The notes under the pieces are model-generated. The model did not search any database. It was not told the origin of the DNA and worked only from the letters and a program-made list of their open reading frames with translations. A DNA stretch of 64,000 nt from a virus: positions 52,742 to 116,741 of the IMG/VR virus record IMGVR_UViG_3300023184_000048; one strand, given 5' to 3'. The position numbers and the translations under genes were made by a program. Shown here piece after piece: positions 37,547-46,879 of the stretch (the first letter of the stretch is position 1; each line of letters begins with the position of its first letter).

Positions 37547-38545
37547 ATGAAATACATTACCAACAATACTAAAATCATCCTATTCATTAATGGGAAGTCA
37601 ATCAGTGTCGAAAAGACTGATAAGCGTTATCCTAAGATCGTCAAGGTATTTGAACTACCTTCAAGCGAACAAGAGGATGCAGTTTTAAAGGTTCTTGAAC
37701 CTGCTGAAGTATCAGTCAAATCTATCCATGGTCAAAATGGCTTTGAAGTGGTTGATGAAGATATCTTCTACAAGGGTGAAAAGCTTCCTAATGCTTTTGC
37801 GACAAAGATCAAGAGCATCATTCGTGATGGTCTTCCTCTGGAACATTTTGAAAAGTTTTGGGAGAATCTCAAGGAGAATCCATCCGCCAACTCTATCAAT
37901 GAGTTGATTGATTTCCTTTCTAATAAGGAACTTCCAATTACTGATGATGGGTTCTTTATTGCTTATAAGGGTGTGGATCATGGTTATTATTCCATCCATG
38001 GGAATCTGGACACTAAGGTTCTGACTGGGAATGTTGATGCATCTGGACGCATTTATAATGCTGTCGGTGAATACATTTCGGTTGCTCGCAATCAAGTTGA
38101 TGATGATCGCAATAAACATTGTTCGTTTGGCTTGCACTGCGGGGCTTTGGGATATTCGCAATCATTTGGTTCTAAGACAGTTGTGGTGAAGGTAAATCCG
38201 AAAGATGTTGTATCAGTTCCAACTGATTGTTCCTTCATGAAATGTAGAGTATGTGCTTATGAAGTTGTTTCGGAATATACCCACGAAATTGAATCATCTG
38301 TAGTTGATTCCAAAGGTCAAGAAACAATTGTGACAAATGATACGAAGGATCGAAACCAATTCATCGAAAAGATTTCAACATATCTGAATCGTCGTGCTGA
38401 TCGTGGTTATGAAGAAGCTACAGTGAGACAAATTCAAAATAGTTTTTCACCTGCTTGGCCAAGTAAGGAAAGTATCCTAGACGCTTTACAACATTTGGGA
38501 TACTTCTGGTCCGAAATTGATGGAGTTCTTGTTGTAGAATTGTAA
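37547..38545 (+). CDS. rIIB: rIIB-like protein
   Basis: FW.NL..NPS....EL..FL....LPIT.DG.F.AYK.V; R.QVDDDR...CS.GLH; VVVKVNP.DVVSVP. Confidence 0.9.
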   Translation: MKYITNNTKIILFINGKSISVEKTDKRYPKIVKVFELPSSEQEDAVLKVLEPAEVSVKSIHGQNGFEVVDEDIFYKGEKLPNAFATKIKSIIRDGLPLEHFEKFWENLKENPSANSINELIDFLSNKELPITDDGFFIAYKGVDHGYYSIHGNLDTKVLTGNVDASGRIYNAVGEYISVARNQVDDDRNKHCSFGLHCGALGYSQSFGSKTVVVKVNPKDVVSVPTDCSFMKCRVCAYEVVSEYTHEIESSVVDSKGQETIVTNDTKDRNQFIEKISTYLNRRADRGYEEATVRQIQNSFSPAWPSKESILDALQHLGYFWSEIDGVLVVEL

Positions 38546-38561
38546 TAAGATTTGAATAATT

Positions 38562-38639
38562 GGGGGTGGGTTGTAAAATATTGACGAGTGTCAATATCAC
38601 ATCTGTTGTGTTTGTTTTTTCATAAAACAACCCACCCCC
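38562..38639 (+). ncRNA. Structured intergenic element: 13-bp stem enclosing two hairpins
   Basis: GGGGGTGGGTTGT/ACAACCCACCCCC; ATATTGAC-GAGT-GTCAATAT; CACA-TCTGT-TGTG. Confidence 0.6.
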
Positions 38640-38671
38640 TTATTCATTAAAAACTATAATATAATAACCAT

Positions 38672-39016
38672 ATGAAAAACAATACTAAAGAAACTATCCT
38701 CAAAACATATATTCGAGATAATGACAATAACCCTCGCGGTGTTGCTGTTGCTGTCAGGAATGATGATCGTGTCTCTTATGGATTTAGTCTCTTGAATAAC
38801 TACCGGGATAAGTTCAATAAGAAGATCGGAACTGCGATTGCTATCAATCGTGCCTCACAACCTTCATATGAACTTCCAGAAGTCCCTGAAAGGGAAACAT
38901 TGGTTCTTGATGCATTTATTAATCTCGAAAAGCGATCCTTGAAATACTTCAAGGATATCAATCCTGATAATATCGTGTTGAAGGGTCATCTATCCACTTT
39001 GCCTTGGGAAGAGTGA
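38672..39016 (+). CDS. Hypothetical protein
   Basis: Cassette-N6-ATG; D.FNKKIG..IA..RA pattern. Confidence 0.75.
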   Translation: MKNNTKETILKTYIRDNDNNPRGVAVAVRNDDRVSYGFSLLNNYRDKFNKKIGTAIAINRASQPSYELPEVPERETLVLDAFINLEKRSLKYFKDINPDNIVLKGHLSTLPWEE

Positions 39017-39186
39017 AATACGATTGGAATGAATTCCGAGTCTTTATTCCTGATGAGGGATTTAGATTGGTGTCACAATTGACAAATAAGGAAGCTAAGG
39101 ATCACCTATGTTCTATTATTGAATTGGTTGAATCCTTAGCTTCCAAAAATGAAGAATGTCTTAAATTAATAAACTTACAAAAATAA
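39013..39186 (+). CDS. Hypothetical protein
   Basis: GTGA overlap. Confidence 0.6.
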   Translation: MKYDWNEFRVFIPDEGFRLVSQLTNKEAKDHLCSIIELVESLASKNEECLKLINLQK

Positions 39187-39201
39187 TAAACTTATAATAA
39201 T

Positions 39202-39465
39202 ATGAAAATTACAAGAATGTTTGAAGCCAGTGATGGCACAGTGTTTAAGGAAACCGAAAGAGTCAAAGCGGAAGAACATGAGCTTATGATTAAGCTTCGT
39301 GGTCTTATTCAAACTCATGTTCGTGGTGATAGTTTTTCACCCACCGAAATTGCTAAGATCTTCTCACAAAAGAATGAGAGTGTTTATGAAATTATTCTTA
39401 AGCATCGTCGCACAATGGGAAGTATTAAGGCTGCTGAGACTACTAAGAAAAATCAATTTGTATGA
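39202..39465 (+). CDS. Hypothetical protein
   Basis: ORF track. Confidence 0.7.
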   Translation: MKITRMFEASDGTVFKETERVKAEEHELMIKLRGLIQTHVRGDSFSPTEIAKIFSQKNESVYEIILKHRRTMGSIKAAETTKKNQFV

Positions 39466-39674
39466 AAGCAACTAGAACAGAACCAATTTATACATTAGAG
39501 ATGACGGAATCTGAAGCTTTGCTTCTATTAGCTCTTATAGGTGACTTAACGTGGGTAGATTGGAAAAGACATCTTGATAATTATTCAGGTATGTTTGATC
39601 ATATCACTTCAAAGGATAGTGATGTTTTCTATAAAGCTATTATCTCTACCGGATTGGTCGTTCCCGATATTTAA
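39462..39674 (+). CDS. Hypothetical protein
   Basis: ORF track; resembles the neighbour 39696 (TLEMTE.EA..L...G). Confidence 0.7.
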   Translation: MKATRTEPIYTLEMTESEALLLLALIGDLTWVDWKRHLDNYSGMFDHITSKDSDVFYKAIISTGLVVPDI

Positions 39675-39695
39675 AAACTAAAATATAATAAACTT

Positions 39696-39953
39696 ATGAA
39701 AGCTACCACACAAATTAAAAAGATTGAAAAAACTGTAACCGTTGATGAGAAAATGATCACTCTTGAAATGAGTGAAAAAGAAGCTCGTAGATTGTTTTGT
39801 GTGTTGGGATCGATCTCACCAGCGGATTTTAAGAACAAATGTTCGGTTGATCTTAATGATGTTTTGATGGTGGGTGATATTCCTTTTGATTGGACTCCCG
39901 TTGATACAAATATCTATTACAACGCATTGTCTGATGTGATTGAAATTGATTAA
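39696..39953 (+). CDS. Hypothetical protein
   Basis: Cassette-N6-ATG. Confidence 0.75.
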   Translation: MKATTQIKKIEKTVTVDEKMITLEMSEKEARRLFCVLGSISPADFKNKCSVDLNDVLMVGDIPFDWTPVDTNIYYNALSDVIEID

Positions 39954-39974
39954 AAACTAGAATATAATACACTT

Positions 39975-40502
39975 ATGAAAACTAAATTTGATTGGGGTGA
40001 TGATATGATTGACAGTAGAGATTTGATTGCTCGTCATGAAGATCTTCAAGATGAATATGATGGTCTTGTTTCTGATTTAAAAGATGTCAATGAAGCATAT
40101 GTAGAGTATCAAGACAAGTGTGCTGGTGCTGTTGAATTTGATCAAGAAGAATTTGATAATGATGTTGATGACCTTCAAAAGAATATTGATGAAGCTCAAG
40201 AAGCTCTTGATCAATTCAATCAATCCTATGAGAAGGATGAACTTGACACACTTACTGAAGTGATTTCTCAAGGTGAAGATTCTCCTGATTGGAATCATGG
40301 TGAAGGTTTGATTCACGAATCGTATTTTGAAACATACACACAAGACCTTATTGATGATACTTGTGAATTGCCTAAAGAATTAAATTCTGGTCAATGGCCA
40401 TATAGACATTATGAGCTAGATCTTACTGCGGCATCTGAAGAGTTGAAAGCTGATTATATGACTATTGATGCTGGTGGTCACACTTATTACATTCGAGCAT
40501 AA
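39975..40502 (+). CDS. Acidic ArdA-like antirestriction (DNA mimic) candidate
   Basis: Very Asp/Glu-rich; IDSRD.I.R..L, LIHESYF..Y.Q.L..D, WPY.H..D..AA..ELK.DY. Confidence 0.5.
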   Translation: MKTKFDWGDDMIDSRDLIARHEDLQDEYDGLVSDLKDVNEAYVEYQDKCAGAVEFDQEEFDNDVDDLQKNIDEAQEALDQFNQSYEKDELDTLTEVISQGEDSPDWNHGEGLIHESYFETYTQDLIDDTCELPKELNSGQWPYRHYELDLTAASEELKADYMTIDAGGHTYYIRA

Positions 40503-40505
40503 CTT

Positions 40506-40670
40506 ATGGAAATTAACCTCTCACAAGAAGAATTACTTCAGATCTTATCTGAAAAATATAATGTAAAATTGGTTGAAATGCAACCTGTTGGTCAAATATC
40601 TTTGGATGGTGATGAAAAATTTCCAGATTTCTATTCCTTCACTGATACAGACTTTTCTAAATATGATTAA
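40506..40670 (+). CDS. Hypothetical small protein
   Basis: 54-aa ORF below the track cutoff. Confidence 0.6.
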   Translation: MEINLSQEELLQILSEKYNVKLVEMQPVGQISLDGDEKFPDFYSFTDTDFSKYD

Positions 40671-40974
40671 TTACAAATCACTCACAATCGAGGATCTCAA
40701 GAAAGATTATTCTGATAGATTTGGATTTATCTTTGCGAGTAATGTGAGGAGTTCTGATACAGCTATTGAAAATCTTTGTCAGACTTTAATCACTCATAAT
40801 ATTACTGATACATTACCGGAGTTTGTCAGTAGAGATTCTGGTAATACTATAGTATTTGTTTATCCCGAAGATTGCACATTTAAATCAGGGGAGTTTTATC
40901 ATAAGAGTCAAATGTTGAGACAAATGGGAATTGCTCAAGTTGATACATTGGCTGGATTTCTAAAGGATATTTAA
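40663..40974 (+). CDS. Hypothetical protein
   Basis: Start refined to ATG 40663. Confidence 0.7.
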   Translation: MINYKSLTIEDLKKDYSDRFGFIFASNVRSSDTAIENLCQTLITHNITDTLPEFVSRDSGNTIVFVYPEDCTFKSGEFYHKSQMLRQMGIAQVDTLAGFLKDI

Positions 40975-40995
40975 AAACTAAAATATAATACACTT

Positions 40996-41208
40996 ATGAT
41001 TACATTCTCTAAAGTTATCAGAAAATCTGGAAGCTCTATGAAAACTATTGAAGTTTCAAAAGATGAAAAACCTTTTGGATCACTGTGGACTTGGTTTGAA
41101 AAAGGTGAAGAACATCCTTGGCATGTTAAACCATTGACAAGAGAACATAAATTCTTTTACGGTAAAAATGGTCTGAAAATGGCTAAAGAATATATCAAAT
41201 CAGTTTGA
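40996..41208 (+). CDS. Hypothetical protein
   Basis: Cassette-N6-ATG. Confidence 0.75.
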   Translation: MITFSKVIRKSGSSMKTIEVSKDEKPFGSLWTWFEKGEEHPWHVKPLTREHKFFYGKNGLKMAKEYIKSV

Positions 41209-41234
41209 TTAAAAACTAGAATATAATAGAACAT

Positions 41235-41432
41235 ATGAAAACTGAATCATTTTTTCACCAATCCCATCCTTGGGTTGGAACTCAGCACTGTTTACGAGAA
41301 AAAGATGGAGAAGAATTTCAATGCATTAATGATCATACTGGATGTATCTGGAATGATGGACATAATACTTGTATGTTTGAAAGACCTTCTAAGAAACAAT
41401 ACGACTCACCTCTCAATCAAAAATTAGTATGA
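41235..41432 (+). CDS. Hypothetical Cys/His-rich protein
   Basis: Cassette-N7-ATG. Confidence 0.7.
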   Translation: MKTESFFHQSHPWVGTQHCLREKDGEEFQCINDHTGCIWNDGHNTCMFERPSKKQYDSPLNQKLV

Positions 41433-41647
41433 AAACACTGTTCACTTGGTTTCTAAAACTAACCACAAAAGATTACGATCAAAAGATCAAATCTGCTAAA
41501 CTAACATCCAAGATGATTATTGATTCTACTAATGGATCTATCAATCATTTCTATAATATGAATGGTGATCAGATTCGTGGTTATCATAAGCATATAAAGT
41601 TTAGTAATATAGACAACCAACATCCACTAACTAAAAAATATCAATAA
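41429..41647 (+). CDS. Hypothetical protein
   Basis: ORF track. Confidence 0.65.
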   Translation: MKTLFTWFLKLTTKDYDQKIKSAKLTSKMIIDSTNGSINHFYNMNGDQIRGYHKHIKFSNIDNQHPLTKKYQ

Positions 41648-41648
41648 T

Positions 41649-41879
41649 ATGAGACAAGATTTACAAGGTTTTTGCATAGGAGTTCTTACAGGTGCTTTTG
41701 CTTTAGGAATTTATTGTTCTTTTTTCGCACAAAATACTAAAATGTATAGGGATGGTGTTGAAGCTACCTATAAAGAAGCCTTTGCACAAGGTTTGATGGT
41801 TAAAGAAATTACCGAAGATGATAAAGTGATTTATCGTTTTATTGAGACGCACAAAATTGGATATGACGGAGAACAATAA
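41649..41879 (+). CDS. Hypothetical membrane-anchored protein
   Basis: N-terminal TM segment. Confidence 0.7.
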   Translation: MRQDLQGFCIGVLTGAFALGIYCSFFAQNTKMYRDGVEATYKEAFAQGLMVKEITEDDKVIYRFIETHKIGYDGEQ

Positions 41880-42285
41880 AAATAAACTAATTCTAGCTGG
41901 AACAGTAATTGCGTCATTCATTTCTGGGTGTGTTATAGGTAAGTATTCAAAAGGTCAATTTACTTTACTGAGATTGCTCTTAGGATCAATTCTATTGGCT
42001 TTTGCAATCGGCCCTGATACATTTGGCTGGTTTGGTATTATCTACTGTCTGAGGTGCTTTCTAGGTATTGCAGGGGCGTGTATTCTTGGTAAGATGACTG
42101 AGTATAATCTTCATAGTCTTGGTATGTTGATTACTGGTATTTTGGTATACTTTATCGCAATGGCACCTGATAGTTTTGATCTTGTTTCTTTCTATACAAC
42201 TATTAATCAAGATATTCTACAAATTGTGTTTCGGTTGATTGGTGCTTTCATGATTGTGGTTGGATTTAAGAAGAATGAAGAATGA
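41863..42285 (+). CDS. Hypothetical multi-pass membrane protein
   Basis: About 5 hydrophobic segments. Confidence 0.7.
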   Translation: MTENNKNKLILAGTVIASFISGCVIGKYSKGQFTLLRLLLGSILLAFAIGPDTFGWFGIIYCLRCFLGIAGACILGKMTEYNLHSLGMLITGILVYFIAMAPDSFDLVSFYTTINQDILQIVFRLIGAFMIVVGFKKNEE

Positions 42286-42410
42286 AAAGGATTTTAAAAA
42301 TAATTTTTATGGAAGTTCTATATGGTCTTGTCCCAGTTTTGGTTGGGTTTTACTTGGCAAAATGGGAACAACGAAATAAAAAGGCCAAAAATTCAGTGGT
42401 GAATGTTTGA
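42282..42410 (+). CDS. Small membrane peptide (42 aa)
   Basis: ATGA overlap; single TM. Confidence 0.55.
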   Translation: MKRILKIIFMEVLYGLVPVLVGFYLAKWEQRNKKAKNSVVNV

Positions 42411-42435
42411 TTAAAAACTAAAATATAATAATTAC

Positions 42436-42870
42436 ATGAAAAGCAATTACATTTGGCATTTGGTTGGATTTACTCAAGATGCTGTTGAAGGTTATCAATT
42501 CTCAAGAGAGATGAACGACTTGTATAAGTCTTTGAATGATACTCAAAGAGCTACAATGTTTCGTGAGTATAAAGAGAATTATATGTATGCTAAAGTTATT
42601 GGTCATTATCGACTCGGAACTTTTTCATCATTAGAAAAAGCTAAGGATATGATCAATTCTGGTTGTAGCGATCTTCATCGTTACCCAACTCTTCTCATTG
42701 AGAAGCATATGATTGACCATATTGATGCACAATGTTTTTGCGAAGATGAATGGGAGACTTGGTATGGTATCACCGAAGAAGGTTGGATCAACGATGGTTG
42801 GATCGAATCATGGGAATTTTTTGAGATTGATCGTCCTGATTATGTTATGGGAACCTGTGGGTGGGCTTGA
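42436..42870 (+). CDS. Hypothetical protein
   Basis: Cassette-N6-ATG. Confidence 0.75.
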   Translation: MKSNYIWHLVGFTQDAVEGYQFSREMNDLYKSLNDTQRATMFREYKENYMYAKVIGHYRLGTFSSLEKAKDMINSGCSDLHRYPTLLIEKHMIDHIDAQCFCEDEWETWYGITEEGWINDGWIESWEFFEIDRPDYVMGTCGWA

Positions 42871-42895
42871 TTAAAAACTAAACTATAATCATCAT

Positions 42896-43150
42896 ATGCC
42901 TAAGTTTAATAAACTACTCCCAGAGACTCACCAAATCTATCATGAAGATGATGGTTTTATCGGAGATATGGATTACTTTGAATTCAAAGATTTTAGAATT
43001 CAAATCATGAATGAACAAGCTTCTGGTTATTATGTCTTGTTCAATGGTTGTAATCTCTATATCGATAAGGATGGAAGAGTTGATAATTGGCCTAATGATA
43101 TGTATGGTTTGATTGATGAACAACTTAGAAAACTTTGCAAGTGGGATTGA
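42896..43150 (+). CDS. Hypothetical protein
   Basis: Cassette-N6-ATG. Confidence 0.75.
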   Translation: MPKFNKLLPETHQIYHEDDGFIGDMDYFEFKDFRIQIMNEQASGYYVLFNGCNLYIDKDGRVDNWPNDMYGLIDEQLRKLCKWD

Positions 43151-43152
43151 TT

Positions 43153-43335
43153 ATGGAACTTGACCAATTTATCGAAAAACTCAAGGAGAAGTTTTATAAC
43201 AAAAACACTTGGTTTAAATCTGGATCTGCTCTTCAAGATTCTGTGTGTGATACTATCAAATCATTCATCTTGAAGAAGAATCTGATCATCATTTCTAAAG
43301 CGGAATATGATCAATTAAAAACTAAAATACAATAA
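43153..43335 (+). CDS. Hypothetical protein
   Basis: Ends LKTKIQ* inside a cassette. Confidence 0.65.
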   Translation: MELDQFIEKLKEKFYNKNTWFKSGSALQDSVCDTIKSFILKKNLIIISKAEYDQLKTKIQ

Positions 43336-43339
43336 ATCC

Positions 43340-43501
43340 ATGGAAGAAGAAATTAGACATTGGTTTAGATGTTTTGGTCAAGATTTTGATAATTATACGG
43401 TGGCTGCTGAATATTGCGCTGATGAATTAGGACATGATGAATGGTTGGATGATTCTGATCATGTCCTCTGGGATGTTGCAGTTGACTATTATGAAAACTA
43501 A
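43340..43501 (+). CDS. Small acidic protein (53 aa)
   Basis: Cassette-N6-ATG. Confidence 0.65.
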   Translation: MEEEIRHWFRCFGQDFDNYTVAAEYCADELGHDEWLDDSDHVLWDVAVDYYEN

Positions 43502-43766
43502 TAAATTTATCATTTATGTAAAGTATGATTGGTCTTCTGGTGGGGATCTTCCAGAGCTTCTTGAAAATTTAGAAAATGTTTTCTTGGATTATAATTGGGG
43601 TGGTGGTTTCAAAACAGAAAACTTCAGATATGATCAAAAATATTTCTATTGTGATATGATTTCCGACATCTTCAAAGAAGATGATTATGTGTATGATAAC
43701 ACAAAGCCTTATATTCAAGGAATGATTTCGGGTTATTTATTGGCAAAGGGAATTGAAATTATTTAA
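43491..43766 (+). CDS. Hypothetical protein
   Basis: Start refined. Confidence 0.7.
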   Translation: MKTNKFIIYVKYDWSSGGDLPELLENLENVFLDYNWGGGFKTENFRYDQKYFYCDMISDIFKEDDYVYDNTKPYIQGMISGYLLAKGIEII

Positions 43767-43787
43767 AAACTAAAGTATAATACAATT

Positions 43788-44036
43788 ATGATTACAAGAG
43801 AACAAGTCAAAAAGATTTATGAAAACAATGGTGAATTTTCCTTTGAGATGGCTGTATATTGGGAAGATTGTAATGTAAATTATATGAATGAACTTCTTGA
43901 TGAACAGGTTGAAGACGGTCATCTTCTAGAGGGAATTGACTATGATCCCATTGGTGTTGATAATGGTGAAATTAAATTTTTGGTGACTGTTGAAGATATG
44001 ACTGGATATTTTGAAGAAGAATCAGAAGAAGATTGA
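43788..44036 (+). CDS. Hypothetical acidic protein
   Basis: Cassette-N6-ATG. Confidence 0.75.
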   Translation: MITREQVKKIYENNGEFSFEMAVYWEDCNVNYMNELLDEQVEDGHLLEGIDYDPIGVDNGEIKFLVTVEDMTGYFEEESEED

Positions 44037-44061
44037 TTAAAAACTAAAATATAATAGTCAC

Positions 44062-44736
44062 ATGCCTCTACTATCCGTAAATACAAAATTAAATAAAGGT
44101 TTAGCTCTTGGGATTAAAACCATGGGACTCCATTTTGCCCCCCATAAATTATCAGGTAAGAATGTATGCCCTAATGCTTCCAAGGGATGTAGTTTTTCGT
44201 GTCTCAACAAATCGGGAATGGGATTCTATCAGTCTGTTCAAGACGCAAGAATCAAGAAGACTCAATACTTTCTCAATGATCGTAATAAGTTTATGTTTGA
44301 GTTGAAGAAAGAAATTGAAACTCAAATTCGTAGAGCTAAGAAGAATGATATGATTCCTTCTTTTCGTTTGAATCTTACTTCTGATCTTGCTTGGGAAAGT
44401 ATCAAGCTTTCTGGTAAGAATTTGATGGATCATTTTCCAGAGATTCAATTTTATGATTACACAAAATCACCAAAGAGGATGCTTGACTTCCTTCTTGGTA
44501 AATTTCCTAAGAATTATCATCTTACTTTCTCTAGGTCTGAGAGCAATGATGAACATTGTCAAATCATTTCTAAACTTGGTGGCAGTATTGCAGTTGTTTT
44601 TAGAGGCAAACTTCCTGAAACTTATATGGGAATGCCTACTATCTCAGGCGACGAATCAGATGCAAGATTTCTTGATCCTAAAGGTGTTATTGTTGGTCTT
44701 GTTGAGAAGGGTCTTGCTAAGAAAGATAAGAGTTGA
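44062..44736 (+). CDS. Phage gp88-like protein (CX7CX3C, radical-SAM-like)
   Basis: LL..NTKL.K, VCPNASKGCSFSCL, RIKKT, FRLN.TSD..WE, QFYDYTK, NYHLTFS.SE, GDESD.RFLDP. Confidence 0.75.
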   Translation: MPLLSVNTKLNKGLALGIKTMGLHFAPHKLSGKNVCPNASKGCSFSCLNKSGMGFYQSVQDARIKKTQYFLNDRNKFMFELKKEIETQIRRAKKNDMIPSFRLNLTSDLAWESIKLSGKNLMDHFPEIQFYDYTKSPKRMLDFLLGKFPKNYHLTFSRSESNDEHCQIISKLGGSIAVVFRGKLPETYMGMPTISGDESDARFLDPKGVIVGLVEKGLAKKDKS

Positions 44737-44758
44737 TTTGTAGTAGAACCAGTTTAAT

Positions 44759-44965
44759 ATGAAATTACTAGCATTTATAGTGTTCATCTTATGCGTCTTT
44801 ATATCTGGTCCCCTATGGCTTATCAAAGCTGTATTGTCTGATAATTATAAAAAGAATTTGAAACTTTGGCATGGTGAATTGAAATCAGACATACTTACAC
44901 TACCATTATTTTGGAGTATGGTTGTTATGTTTTGTAATGGTGATGAATCAAAGATGGGGTATTAA
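44759..44965 (+). CDS. Hypothetical membrane protein
   Basis: Hydrophobic segments. Confidence 0.7.
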   Translation: MKLLAFIVFILCVFISGPLWLIKAVLSDNYKKNLKLWHGELKSDILTLPLFWSMVVMFCNGDESKMGY

Positions 44966-44968
44966 ATT

Positions 44969-45415
44969 ATGAAAAAGAAACATCTCATTGAAGCTCTTCA
45001 AAAGTTTAACGATGATGATCATATCATCTTTGAAGACTTTTCATCCTCTTATGTTCCAAAGATGGAAGCTGTTTGTGGTAGAAGTGAGGCTTATACGGCT
45101 CATTTTTGTGTATTAAAACCTAATCATGAAGGTGATTGCTGGTGTTCATCCAAGGATGTTAATTTTACACCTGATCCGAGAAATATGAAAGAGGTTATTG
45201 AGGATTTATACACCCAACTCAGAGAGTATTCTATTGATGATGATTTATGTGTATGTCTTCCTAATGGTAAATTTCTTGATATTGTTTGGAATATTCCTGA
45301 TAATAAATGGGTGTTAAAATATGAGAATCTCTCAACTGAGTTTGATTCTAAGTTGGATACAATCAAGTGGTTGGAGGAATATGGTGAGGAGTTTGTTGGG
45401 ATCATTAAAAACTAG
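44969..45415 (+). CDS. Hypothetical protein
   Basis: ORF track; C.L...H.G.C motif. Confidence 0.7.
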   Translation: MKKKHLIEALQKFNDDDHIIFEDFSSSYVPKMEAVCGRSEAYTAHFCVLKPNHEGDCWCSSKDVNFTPDPRNMKEVIEDLYTQLREYSIDDDLCVCLPNGKFLDIVWNIPDNKWVLKYENLSTEFDSKLDTIKWLEEYGEEFVGIIKN

Positions 45416-45429
45416 ACTATAATACTCGT

Positions 45430-45765
45430 ATGGCTGGAACTTACGTTACTATTCTTGAATCTGAGTTTGATAATATCTTTAAGTCTGAAAAAGGCTGGAG
45501 TAAAGAGTTATCTGGACAAGCTCAAGAGATTGTTTATACTAAGAATCTCAAGACTAAACCAAACCTTCAAGTAAGAGTTTATTCAACAATTCATAAAGAT
45601 TCTGGTCTATCGAGAACTGTCGGAAGCGACTCAATAAAAATATGCGCCATCAATACAGTTCTCAATCGTGGAGTTATCAAGACAAAAAGAATTCATAGAA
45701 CTTCTGGTTGGGATCAAAGAGTTACAGATAGGGTTATTGATGTATGGAATCAACTATTGTCATAG
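45430..45765 (+). CDS. Conserved phage hypothetical protein
   Basis: Cassette-N6-ATG; VRVYSTI....SR.VG.D.I. Confidence 0.75.
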   Translation: MAGTYVTILESEFDNIFKSEKGWSKELSGQAQEIVYTKNLKTKPNLQVRVYSTIHKDSGLSRTVGSDSIKICAINTVLNRGVIKTKRIHRTSGWDQRVTDRVIDVWNQLLS

Positions 45766-45914
45766 GAAGATTTAAGTTCCATCACTCATTTGTAAACACT
45801 TATAGAAATCTGCACATCGTAGAGACTAGAAGAAGACTGAAAGTTTGGTATACAAAATCTGAACAGAATCAAATTATTCATTATCTGAAGGAAAACAAAA
45901 TCATTAAAAACTAA
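45744..45914 (+). CDS. Small hypothetical protein (56 aa)
   Basis: Ends IKN* in a cassette. Confidence 0.5.
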   Translation: MESTIVIGRFKFHHSFVNTYRNLHIVETRRRLKVWYTKSEQNQIIHYLKENKIIKN

Positions 45915-45928
45915 AATATAATAAGAAC

Positions 45929-46654
45929 ATGACAAAAGATCAAATTAGAGCCTTTCAAGCCTACGCAAAAATGGATGAGAAACATGCCGACTATCTTTCT
46001 GTTGGTTATGGTGTCAAAGAAAAATTGACAAATATTCTAAGTGTTGATTACGAAGATCTATACCAATATGATAATCTTTTTTTTAAAAGAGGTTGGAATG
46101 GTAATGATGAGAGTTGTTTATACTATCTCACTTCTAAAAAATGGGATTCTATTTTCGGGATAAAAGAATCAACAAAATCATCCATGGAAGAAAAGCTCAA
46201 TTATGCCAAGAGTTTAATCGGGAAGCTTATCAAATCCCGAGAAAATGGCAATCAAGGAAAGGTGGAAGAAGTTCAAGTTCTTCTTGATTTCAGTAAATTA
46301 ACTAGTCCTTCATTTGAATTGAAGGCTCTATTAGACATTGAATTATCCAAGCATGGATATGTAATCGTTTTGTCTGGTTATTGGCTTAACGGAAATAAAA
46401 TGATTTATCCTATTACTGATTTTGATGTTGAGATCTTCACCAATAGTGTTAAGATCAATGGGTATGATTCTGTCGATAAAGGTGATTACTTTGAATTTGG
46501 TTGTGCTAAGATTACCAAAAAACAATTGAGAGCAGCACTAAACTTTATCACTGAAACAAATAGTGAATCAAAAGATTCCAACCGTGTGATTGAATCTGTT
46601 AAGATTGGTGCTGGTGAGTTTACTCTGAAAGATATCAAGACACTACTGAGTTAA
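45929..46654 (+). CDS. Hypothetical protein
   Basis: Cassette-N6-ATG. Confidence 0.75.
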   Translation: MTKDQIRAFQAYAKMDEKHADYLSVGYGVKEKLTNILSVDYEDLYQYDNLFFKRGWNGNDESCLYYLTSKKWDSIFGIKESTKSSMEEKLNYAKSLIGKLIKSRENGNQGKVEEVQVLLDFSKLTSPSFELKALLDIELSKHGYVIVLSGYWLNGNKMIYPITDFDVEIFTNSVKINGYDSVDKGDYFEFGCAKITKKQLRAALNFITETNSESKDSNRVIESVKIGAGEFTLKDIKTLLS

Positions 46655-46655
46655 T

Positions 46656-46877
46656 ATGAAAGAATTAGATCCAATCATTCGTAAGCTTTCAGAGTATTAT
46701 GATTTTGATATCAGATATGATGAAGAAATTGACATTTGGATAATCCAAAACAAATTCAAGAATAATAGAGATCAATTCAATTTCTATTGGACGATGGCGG
46801 ATTCTCCAGCTTGTGTTGATAGTTTTCTGGATGATCTTCGACAATACTTTTATGACGAAGGTAATCGTAGTTACTGA
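46656..46877 (+). CDS. Hypothetical protein
   Basis: ORF track. Confidence 0.7.
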   Translation: MKELDPIIRKLSEYYDFDIRYDEEIDIWIIQNKFKNNRDQFNFYWTMADSPACVDSFLDDLRQYFYDEGNRSY

Positions 46878-46879
46878 TC

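Noticed and set aside
44734-44736. Genome-wide TGA recoding (code 4 or 25)
   Set aside because: Many genes end in TGA with ATGA overlaps and long ORFs are intact under code 11; only one suspicious TGA was seen
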